Source of the DNA: Cyanidioschyzon merolae
Taxonomy: Eukaryota
NCBI GenBank assembly: GCA_000091205.1
Contig: AP006496.2
DNA length: 64,000 nucleotides
Direction: 5' to 3' (one strand)
Both the position numbers and the translations under genes were made by a program. The notes under the pieces were generated by a model that ran no database searches, was not told the DNA's origin, and saw nothing but the letters and a program-made list of their open reading frames with translations. Below are positions 1 through 8,795 of the stretch, piece by piece (the stretch's first letter is position 1; every line of letters starts with the position of its first letter).

Positions 1-757
1 AGGCTGATAGATTTTCATCAGCGTTTATAGAATGTGTGCAAGTGTTGCTGCATCCGCGGTCTCCTGCGTAATGCGCTATGGGCTCGCTAACCCGGCTGCA
101 CCGGCCGTCGGAAATCACTTAGGCAATCCCCTGCTTGCTGCCGCCTTCTGAGGAGCGTCTACTGCCTAACTGGCGTCATTCCGGGAAGCTCTGGCGCAAA
201 ACCATTGTAAACACCTGAAAAGTGCTGGTGTGCGCAGGTCACGAGTTTTCCTCTGTAGGGTCATGCATAGAGAACGGATAATCCGGCAAATGTTAGCAAG
301 CTTCAGCGGCTTGGATTCCCGCCAACGCCATGCGTTACCCTCGTCACTGGATCGCAGTTCTCTTTCACTGACGCTTTCGACCCATAGACTAGCTCGGAGG
401 GTCGGCGTCGGTACTGGGGCCAAACAGGTTTCGATACGGTCGCGTCCATCGGCCGGGCGCTCCGAAGAAACAAAGGGCCCGCAACACTGCAGTCGTTTCT
501 GGTGACGACGTGCCGCTCTCGTTGTAAATGGAAGCATGAGCAGTAGGCTCCGGTGTACGCAGTAGGAGCCCGCGCACATGCTGAGCACTCACTGTGGGCT
601 CAGGTGGTGCTTTCGCAGTTGCCGGCTGCATCGCGACCCACAAAAGGATGCAGTGCGGCGCCTATACCCTAAAGTCTGCAAGGAAACACCGCAGCATGCA
701 GACGAGTATACATGGTGGAGCCTATCGTGCATCAAAGATGACTTCAGTACAAGCGTA

Positions 758-2188
758 TCAGCCTGACTGGTCGGCAAGTGAGCCTTTCTGTGGCAAATTG
801 ACAAACGGCAGCAACGTCTCGCCACCAAGGTACGGTTGCAGGACTGCCGGAACCTCCACCCCGTTCTCTCGCTGATAATTTTCCACAATACAGCATATTA
901 CTCTGGTGGTCGCGCACAGAGTGCTGTTCAGCATGTGCACAAACCTCTTTTCGCGGTCACCGCCCTTTTTCATACCGTAACGAGTGAGCAGCCTACGAGA
1001 CTGGTAATCCGTGCAGTTCGAGCAGCTGACGAGCTCGCGCCACGCCTTGCTGGCAGGGTACCAACCCTCGAGATCGTACTTTTTCGAAGCGGCGTTATTA
1101 AGCGCTCCACTGACAATGCTCACGATTCGGTATGGTATTCCCAGGGATTGGTAGAACTCTTCCGCGTTCCCCAGGAGGCGTTCGAGCATCTCCCAAGAGG
1201 CCCCGTCCAGTGGAGATGTCACCGCAAACTGTTCTATTTTCTCAAACTGATGCACTCGGAAAATTCCCAGCTGGTCGCGTCCATGAGCGCCGGCCTCTTT
1301 CCGGAAACAGGTCGAAAACCCTGCGTACAATAGTGGCAATGTCGACGGATCCAGCCACTCGTCAGTGTGGTAGGCACAAATTGGCTGCTCCGAGGTCGCG
1401 ATCAGATAGTATTTGTCGTCTTCGGCCGCGGCTGCCGTTGCATTCGTGCCGCCAGTTCCGGAGCTTTCTGGTTCGCCCGCTGCGGCTCCGCGAGAGCGAA
1501 CGGTCACCTTGTACAACTGCTCGTCAAAGTCAGAGAGCTGCGCACAGCGTGCCATCGCATCACTTGTCATAAAATATGGTGGTTGCATTTCACGAAAGCC
1601 GCGTTCTCGTAAAAAGTTCAACGCATACTGCACAAGCGCGAGGTTGAGGCGAACGCCAGGGCCTATCAGAAAGTAGCCCCGGCTTCCGGCAACGCGAGCT
1701 CCGCGCTCGTAGTCTGCAGCGCCGAGTGCCAACAGGAGCTCTACGTGGCTACGGTGTGCGTTCTTCACGCGTTCATCAGCGAGTTCTGGATAGCCCCAGA
1801 GACGCTCGACTCGATTGTCCGCCTCGTCCACAGAAACAGGCACACTTTCATGCACAAGGTTACCGATCTCACGCAGTAAAGCATCCCGCTCCTGCTCTAG
1901 AGCAGCGGCCTCTCGTTCCGCCGCTGGTATAGAACGCTTCAAGTCCGCTACAGACGAGATGAGCTCGCTCGCATCTGCACCAGACTTGATGAGGCCACTT
2001 ACCCGTTTCGAGGACTCGTTCAGTTCGCGCCTGAGCGCGTCCACCCGAAACTGGGCCTGCCTCCAGCGCTCGTCCAACTCAATGACGCGATCCACGAGCT
2101 TCACGTCCGCAAACCGACGGCGCTGCGACTCTCGAACCAGCTCGGGATTGCCACCCTGTTCCGCACGAAAAAGACGAATGTCTAACAT
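758..2188 (-). CDS. seryl-tRNA synthetase (class II aaRS), single exon
   Basis: ORF track 758..2200. Residue 1 is a GTG codon (cac at 2198-2200). The first ATG is residue 5, giving MLDIRLFRAEQGGNPELVRESQRRRFADVKLVDRVIELDERWR, the canonical SerRS N-terminal coiled-coil start. Class-II catalytic-core segments FRKEAGAHGRDQLGIFRVHQFEKIEQF and GWYPASKAWRELVSCSNCTDYQSRRL are present. Confidence 0.9.
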   Translation of the reverse strand: MLDIRLFRAEQGGNPELVRESQRRRFADVKLVDRVIELDERWRQAQFRVDALRRELNESSKRVSGLIKSGADASELISSVADLKRSIPAAEREAAALEQERDALLREIGNLVHESVPVSVDEADNRVERLWGYPELADERVKNAHRSHVELLLALGAADYERGARVAGSRGYFLIGPGVRLNLALVQYALNFLRERGFREMQPPYFMTSDAMARCAQLSDFDEQLYKVTVRSRGAAAGEPESSGTGGTNATAAAAEDDKYYLIATSEQPICAYHTDEWLDPSTLPLLYAGFSTCFRKEAGAHGRDQLGIFRVHQFEKIEQFAVTSPLDGASWEMLERLLGNAEEFYQSLGIPYRIVSIVSGALNNAASKKYDLEGWYPASKAWRELVSCSNCTDYQSRRLLTRYGMKKGGDREKRFVHMLNSTLCATTRVICCIVENYQRENGVEVPAVLQPYLGGETLLPFVNLPQKGSLADQSG

Positions 2189-2649
2189 AACACCAGCCAC
2201 AGTGACCTATACACACGCTAAACGCGCTCGTAACCGAGAGTTCAGTGTGGTGCAGCAGCGACAGTGGCAACGATGATCATCCCGAATGACTGGACTGGAG
2301 CTGGGAGCGGCGAAGCGCAGCGACGCCTCGAGTCGACGATGCGGGTGCGTTGAGGCCCTGCGGCTGGGGCTCACTCCAAAAAACAAAAAGACGACGACAC
2401 GTCCACACCGGGGGGTAGGCCTTAGTAGTGGGTGCTGGTCAGGCGTTCGGCACCGTTCCTAGATCGCTCAAGATCATTCTTTTATGGTCCTTATTTTCCA
2501 GGTGATGCTTTTCTGTGCGGTGCAATGCTGCCGATAAGTACGTGCTCTTCGTTACAGCTGGGCACAGACATTGATACCTCATCTGACTGGGATAGAGATC
2601 AGAGACGGTCACCGTAAACGGCAGTGCTTTCCTTGATATCGCTCACTGA

Positions 2650-3195
2650 GAGTCCCATAAACGCATCAAGAAAGCTTATCCTTTCAGTCGTATAGAGGTA
2701 AGCAAGCTCATTGAAAGCTCCATACAAGCTCCATAAAAGCTTATCCCTTCAATCGTATAGAGATAGGCAACCTCATTGAAAGCTCCTTCAAAGTTAATCC
2801 CTTCAATCGTATAGAGATAGGCAACCTCATTGAAAGCTCCGTAAAAGCTTATCCCTTCAATTGTATAGAGGTAAGCAAGCTCATTGAAAGCTCCATATAA
2901 GCTCCATAAAAGCTTATCCCTTCAATCGTATAGAGATAGGCAACCTCATTGAAAGCTCCTTCAAAGTTAATCCCTTCAATCGTATAGAGATAGGCAACCT
3001 CATTGAAAGCTCCGTAAAAGCTTATCCCTTCAATCTTATAGAGATTGGCAAGCTCATTGAAAGCTTATCCCTTCAGTCGTATAGAGGTAAGCAAGCTCAC
3101 TGAAAGCTTCTTCAAAGTTAATCCCTTCAATCGTATAGAGATAGGCAACCTCATTGAAAGCTCCATACAAGCTCCATAAAAGCTTATCCCTTTCG
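2650..3195. repeat. minisatellite of 58-61 bp units, about 9 copies, with a higher-order ~185-bp period (3 superunits), in the divergent SerRS/TIM50 intergenic region
   Basis: Direct reading shows the unit aagcttatcccttcaatcgtatagagataggcaacctcattgaaagctcc plus variable linkers (gtaa, ttcaaagtta, atacaagctccata). The block 2704-2893 recurs almost exactly at 2893-3082. Confidence 0.9.
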
Positions 3196-3351
3196 TTCTA
3201 CGATTTTTTTCGGCCGTCTGCGCGGGAGCGCTTCGATCCCTCCTCCACAGCAGCGACGTTCAAGGCAGGCTGCGAACGTCACCAGGTGCCTTGTTCAGAG
3301 CGTTCGCGGACCCACCCTTGTGCGGTCCACTTCGAGTGGCTTTCGGGGGAC

Positions 3352-4566
3352 ATGCTTGTAGATCGATACGCGGGTTTGCGTGCCCTACGGCCAATAGGGT
3401 CCGCGTTGCTCCGGCCTGGGCGCGTGCTCCGGTGTCTCACCTCGGGCAACGGTGGCCGCGCAGCTGGTGAAGCAGGGTCAAAGCCGACCTCGGGGCCGAT
3501 CCACCCAGAAGAGGGAGCAGCGGCAGCCTCGGATGGCGCGGCAGAGTCCAAGCGCCCACAGCACTCGCGATGGAGAGCTCTCTTTCGACCTGGACGTCTT
3601 CTCGGCTTCGTTGCGCTTGGCTCAGCCGCGACAGTGCTGACTTTCTGGGTCGTCGACCCCGAGGGAACGGTAGCACGTCTCGAGCGGCTACGGCACGAAT
3701 TGGAGTCGCGCATCCGCTATTACGTCGAGCCTAGTCGAGAAAAGCTCCTACCGGACCCAGTTGCTCCGTTTCCCGGCAGTCTGCCGCCACGAACGTTGGT
3801 CCTGGATCTCGACGAGACCCTTGTGCACTCAGACTGGACGCGATCGACGGGGTGGCGAACCTCAAAAAGGCCGGGCGTAGACGCCTTTCTGGCGTACATG
3901 GCGCAGTTCTACGAGATAGTGGTCTTCACGAGCGCCCTTCCCGGCTATGCGGATCCCATTCTAGACAGGATGGATCCAAACGGGTACATCACGCACCGCC
4001 TGTATAGGCATGAAACCAAATACCGCGACGGCCTGCACATGAAGGACCTTGCCAAGCTCAACCGCGATCTACGACGCACCATCATCATCGATAATGACCC
4101 TCGAGTATTCGCGCTGCAATCCGAGAACGGCATCGAAATCGCCCCGTGGAACGGCACTGACCCCGACGACAAGGAGTTGCTTCGTCTTACTGCATTCCTC
4201 GAATGGGTCGTTCGCAACGATGTCGCTGATGTACGACCGATCATCGCCACCGTTCGGAACTGTGATCGGACGACAAGCCGCAGCTTTGCCGAGCGGTTTG
4301 AGGCCTGTCGCCAGCAGGTCGAGTCCGTCCTTGCGTCACAGAAGCTCGCGGCAGTAGCCGGAGCGGCAACCGCGTCTTCAAGTTCCGCGGACGGTCATCT
4401 ATCGGGCAACGGTGTGCGCGCTCCTGTTCGAGGTCTGGGGATCTTCGCCATTCCACGCCGCGATCCCGCTGAGCAGTCAGCAACTACAACATCCGAGGCA
4501 TCTTCGCCAGCGGCTCCAGCGCAGCCGGTTCCTGATCAGAGTATCTGGACTCGTTTGCGACGATAG
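3352..4566 (+). CDS. mitochondrial import inner membrane translocase subunit TIM50 (FCP1/NIF phosphatase-like domain)
   Basis: Track ORF 3154..4566 begins with a TTG inside the minisatellite. The first ATG is residue 67 (MLVDRYAGLRALRP...), an Arg-rich presequence-like N-terminus followed by the TM segment LLGFVALGSAATVLTFWVV. The FCP1-homology motif LVLDLDETLVHSDW...IIIDNDPRVFALQSENGIEIAPW is typical of TIM50. Confidence 0.85.
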   Translation: MLVDRYAGLRALRPIGSALLRPGRVLRCLTSGNGGRAAGEAGSKPTSGPIHPEEGAAAASDGAAESKRPQHSRWRALFRPGRLLGFVALGSAATVLTFWVVDPEGTVARLERLRHELESRIRYYVEPSREKLLPDPVAPFPGSLPPRTLVLDLDETLVHSDWTRSTGWRTSKRPGVDAFLAYMAQFYEIVVFTSALPGYADPILDRMDPNGYITHRLYRHETKYRDGLHMKDLAKLNRDLRRTIIIDNDPRVFALQSENGIEIAPWNGTDPDDKELLRLTAFLEWVVRNDVADVRPIIATVRNCDRTTSRSFAERFEACRQQVESVLASQKLAAVAGAATASSSSADGHLSGNGVRAPVRGLGIFAIPRRDPAEQSATTTSEASSPAAPAQPVPDQSIWTRLRR

Positions 4567-5940
4567 AGCTTTCACGAACTTTCAGATCGGAAGCGAGTCA
4601 TGCGAAAAGTTTGCGCTTTGCGTCCCCGTATCGAGCTGGTGAGTTCGCTGCGGCACGCGACGCGTCTGTGTTTTTTCTCGGGGGCGCGGGGCAAGCGTCT
4701 AGGATTGTTTACACGAATAAGAGAATCCGTCGTTGTGCGATGGATATCAGCATCAAGGAGAGCAGCAGCGATCATTGCGGAATTCAGACGTCCACGTACC
4801 TCGAATCACCACTAGCCACACTCTTCATCGCGTATAATGGATCGTTCATACGGTCGCCCAGGTGCCGAGTGCGTTCTGTGAGCGTCCAGTGTGACGCCTT
4901 TAGAGCCGGTGCAGACGCCGCACGCAGATAGAGCGGCTTTTGCGTACCACTGAGGGCGTTGGCTCTAGAACTGTCATCTAGTCGAGTGCAGGTACAGCGC
5001 GCTCGTTTCTGCCGCGACGAGCGCGCTCCTTTCGGGAACTCTGTCTGCACGCTTGCAGGTGCTGCCCAGCCTACGGAAGCTAGATATCATGAAGGGACGA
5101 TTTCGCACTTGATCATCACGCTGGTGGATGAGATTTTGCGAGACTTTGCTTTCCAGCGGGCGTCGCTGTGCATCTGGGTCTGGCGCTGCCCCAAGACTTG
5201 ACGAGGCGTCACATATGGCCGTGGTAGCTCGCCGCTGGAGCATCCACGCAATAGGAGTATGCTAGGGAGATGGCGGTAAAGGCACACCTCAGCCCGAGGG
5301 GCATTGTCGAGAGGGCTCGTCCACATCCATGTCAGAGGACGTTCATGTTTGCCATTTCGTGTTTATGCCAGTGGCGGCAGAGATGCATGACTGGGCGAGT
5401 CTCTTCAAACGACAAGGTTCGCGTGGCCTGCCGTGTAACGACAAGCGCCTGATTACACGAGTCACCAGAGGTTCCGCACCTGGCGACTCCCAACACGCAC
5501 GTGCACGAGTGGTACACCCGCATCCTCCGGGCAAACAAAGCGCACAAACGCTCATTGTACCCGGGTGTGCAGGGGCAGCAGCCGCGGTCACACGCACTCG
5601 GTGCAGTGAAACAGCGCAGGTTTCCTGTACCTGAGCGATACACCCAGAGATGGCTCTTATCGTGCGAGACAAATATCTTACGAACTCCATGTGATCAGCA
5701 AAGTACGCAAGGAAACATGGGGCACCTAGGCTCCGGGCGAAGGCCACTCAGCCGCCTCAGCGGGTGTCTTTGCCGGGGCGTCTTCCCTCGACGGAACGCA
5801 GCGTCTATTCGCATTCACCGGCACGACACCCTATTGAAGAGAAGCGCTCGCGTAGGCTCCACGCCGATAACACTCGTGATAATGTCAACGGCTGCGCAGC
5901 TAATAGCCCAGTAATGTGTGCCGCACCTGGCTCCGCTGTG

Positions 5941-6615
5941 CTACCTCTTCACCTCTATCTGCCAGAGGTCGACGTCGATGTCCACGGCACGTTCCCTATG
6001 AAACACGTACGTTGCGGGGAGATCGAAACGCAAGCGAGCGTACACCTGGGCCGTACACCCGAAACGCTCCAGCCTCCTCGATAAGTAACTGCGCGTGCTC
6101 GACTTGTGCAGAGAGTACACAAATCGGCGACTCAAGTGACATGCTACATCGAGGAAGGCGATGTCGGCGGATCGTTGTCGCGTTCCAAAGGGCGGATTAA
6201 GCACAGCGACGTCGAATGACTTTGGTGCCAATGCCAACGAGTTGGGCTGGACGTCCACCGCAGCAAACTCCAAGACTGCTCCGACGGACTGGGGACACAG
6301 TTCCCAGAGCGCTGCCGCATTGGCCCGTGCCAGCTCCAGGGCCTCGCTATCGACGTCCACTCCGAGCACGTGGTTGAGTCCAGCGAGACACAGTGCAAGA
6401 GCGAGTATTCCAGTCCCGGTGCCGAGGTCCACTGCCTGCACTGACCTCCGCTCATCTTCGTCGATGCATAGGGCAACATGGTGGGCGATTCTTGCCGCCA
6501 GATGAACCGGTGTCGTGTACTGCTCCAGGTGCACACGCGGGGACTGGAACTGGCGCCACGGAAGCTGTGAAAGCAGCGTCTCGATCTCACGAACGCTCGG
6601 CACCGAGCCACGCAT
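5941..6615 (-). CDS. METTL5-like N6-adenine (rRNA m6A) methyltransferase, Rossmann fold
   Basis: Residue 1 of the track ORF is GTG; the first ATG is residue 9. The protein aligns end-to-end with METTL5-type proteins: LEQYTTPVHLAARI, the SAM motif VDLGTGTGILALA, the catalytic NPPFG, and YSLHKSSTR...DIDVDLWQIEV. Confidence 0.8.
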   Translation of the reverse strand: MRGSVPSVREIETLLSQLPWRQFQSPRVHLEQYTTPVHLAARIAHHVALCIDEDERRSVQAVDLGTGTGILALALCLAGLNHVLGVDVDSEALELARANAAALWELCPQSVGAVLEFAAVDVQPNSLALAPKSFDVAVLNPPFGTRQRSADIAFLDVACHLSRRFVYSLHKSSTRSYLSRRLERFGCTAQVYARLRFDLPATYVFHRERAVDIDVDLWQIEVKR

Positions 6616-7109
6616 CCCAGTTCGGCAGACTTTCAGCACGCTGCGATGCCGAGTACACGTCGCTCGCAGGGCCTAGCAGGTCCGCTCCTTAAAGCCTACG
6701 CAGCGCACGCTCCAACACGCTGTTCCAGCGGACCTGTGGTTGTAATTCGGGCTTGCGGGGTGTGTCGCCCCGCTGCCGACGGTCGGTCCAGCTGCTTGTA
6801 GCACCCCCGCTACCTCCGTGGAAGCTGTTTTTCCTGCCAGCGGCGGGCGTTTGAATGAATCGTCGATAAAACACTGTCCCAGGCGCGTCGCAGTGCTCCC
6901 CAGCTGACGAGCACCCGAAGCCATTTCTGTTACCCGATGCGTCGCAGCGCTTTCGTATGGACCATCGGCGCGTTTGCTTCTAAGATGAGCATAGAGCGAA
7001 TAGATAGACTCACTCACACGCTTTCCGCAGGACTTATACGAGCGGGTGCCTGCTATGGGCTTTCACTCTCATCTTGTTCACTTCGAGTCTGAGAGGCTGG
7101 CCCGGAAAG

Positions 7110-8340
7110 TTGGCTCAAACCAGCTCCTTGGGTCTTCTACTGAGCACTGTATGTCGTCTAATGTTCATAGCAGCGTTGAAGTCTGGGATCACGAACTGGA
7201 TGCGTTTATTGTCTCTTATTAAACTCACCAATGCAAGGATCCCTCGAAATGCTGCCCTCGGTGCCATTTGGTGCTCCATCACCTCTCCAAGGTTTCCTAT
7301 TCCCAAAGTGCTCCGTTGCCTTCTCTCCATCTCGACGTTATGAAGGATACACCCCAGCACATCCATTAGATTTTTTAAACACATTTCTTTATGCCCCTAG
7401 GTGACGACCTTATAGGAGCGCGTAGGACTTGCGGAAGAAAGACGTCATGTGTCTCTGTGTACCACCGTGTTCTGAACGCTTCAGTGATTCGCCTAGTGGC
7501 GCGATCTTTACTTTTCACAATAGGAAACACTTCTTCAATGTGGTTGAACCGGAAGCGTACTGACGAATGAAATGCAGCCCTACTCCGGTAGAATTGGGCA
7601 AGGCTTCAATGCGAGGGGAATGGTGAAATTCCAAAAAGTCGAACAGAAGAACACAGCCAGACGTCAGGGAATCGTCTTCAAAGATTCTACGATGTGAAAA
7701 CTGTTGTATGAGCGTTCTCTGGAGTCGAAACTGAGGCCGCAAAAGAAATCCACTGCAGCTGGAGTAGAGAAATTCTTATGTATTTTCGATATCGATTGTA
7801 TATCCAACGGGCGCCCCTCATCGCGAATACTCATATCCACTGTGACGGTTCTGTGTGGAGCAAATCTCGTGGAATGAAAAAAACAACGTTCTTGTGGCTC
7901 ATAGCCGGCGCGATGTTTCAGGGACTGTGTTCTAGTCGCCATTTCGTTCGGACATGGCTGTGAACGATCTAGGACATTTTATGTGACTGTATGCCACTGG
8001 TTTCAGGACCATACGAAAAAGCTGTAGACAAAAACAGTCACCGGTGATGGCTGCTATCGTCGCTTTTTGTTCCCGCAAAGTCGGCAACGGGTCGTGTTCT
8101 ATCACTGACCTCATGCACGCGTCGAGAATATCCGTTTCTTTTCGCGGAGTTCATCTAATTCTTTCTCTAGTGTTCCTCGACCGTTTGAGTGTTGTTCCAT
8201 GACTGACATCAAGAATCAATACAGATCTCCTTCAAATATCCAGTATATAATATATCCTACATGAAATTCGACTTCGATATATACAGTATATTACAACGTG
8301 ATTCCCATCTCTTGCTATACATCGCAGATCGTGTCGAGTA
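7110..8340 (-). mobile_element. decayed, frameshifted copy of a transposon family carrying a Fanzor/TnpB-like gene (relic copy 1)
   Basis: Minus-strand fragment VIPDFNAAMNIRRHTVLSRRPKELV (7115..7384) matches the RuvC-III region [21 protein letters not shown] of the intact gene at 23223..24395. Upstream (7470-7560, minus strand) the fragment FRFNHIEEVFPIVKSKDRATRRITEAF resembles the Tc1/mariner C-terminal motif DLNPIENVWSILK. About 70% nucleotide identity to 31870..33190 in the same order and orientation. Confidence 0.65.
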
Positions 8341-8577
8341 ACCATGGGTTGAAAGCCTAAAAGATCGCGGATCGCAATCCCACCACCACCGTTCTGCTGT
8401 CTGGATCGCCGAGTCGCGAACGCTGTGGAGCCACGCTGTTCAGGGACACGTGGCAGATATCGAATGCTGCTGCTCCTCTAGCTCACGCATAGGTTGAGGC
8501 TATTTCGTAGCGCGGGCTGCCCCCAGGCAGTTGTGCTTTTCCCACTACCAGCAACATTGGAAAGTGATCGACGCGAG

Positions 8578-8795
8578 AAGCTTGTACAGTGGGGGATTGG
8601 GGGAGCGATTGTGCGTTTTCTGTAGACAGTAACTCTGGAAGCTGCTCAGCGAAAAAGCTTGTACAGCGGGGGACTTTGCAGCGATTTTGCGTTTCTCCAG
8701 AACAACAACTGCGAATGCCGCTAAGTGAGGGAGGCTTGTACAGTGGGTTCCGCGCAGTTCGCGGCTCGTTCGGCGGATGCCTGCAATGGGTCCGG
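8578..8795. repeat. 78-80 bp degenerate tandem repeat x3 overlapping the BCAT 5' end
   Basis: Units begin with aagcttgtacag(t/c)ggggga at 8578, 8655 and 8733. Confidence 0.8.

Noticed and set aside
2650-3195. Tandem arrays (here, 37606-37885 and 39440-39900) as CRISPR arrays
   Set aside because: This is a eukaryotic context, units are 58-94 bp with no unique spacers of constant length, and no cas genes are present. They are minisatellites.
3154-3351. TIM50 ORF drawn from 3154 inside the minisatellite
   Set aside because: Residue 1 is a TTG and the frame merely stays open through the repeat. The first ATG (3352) gives a sensible presequence, so 3154-3351 is treated as 5' leader.
3279-3713. 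Numerous 60-150-aa ORFs antisense to, or out of frame within, confirmed genes (for example 3279..3713 -, 6144..6611 -, 8847..9239 -, 46620..47156 +, 61037..61282 -)
   Set aside because: These are a GC-rich codon-biased sequence effect. All lie inside long conserved CDSs on the other strand or frame.
6673-7017. 114-aa minus-strand ORF in-frame with and directly upstream of the METTL5-like gene (single TAG between them)
   Set aside because: METTL5 homologs align from the ATG at 6615 (SVREIETLLSQL…), so this is not an N-terminal exon. It overlaps the expected 3' part of Fanzor relic 1 and is more likely element-derived or leader sequence.
8283-8300. TA-CAGTA words (8283, 33117) and CACTGTA (7150, 32024) as Tc1-type terminal inverted repeats
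   Set aside because: The CAGTA words are positionally homologous but internal to the aligned region. The CACTGTA words are not at homologous positions in the two copies. True element termini cannot be fixed from two decayed copies.
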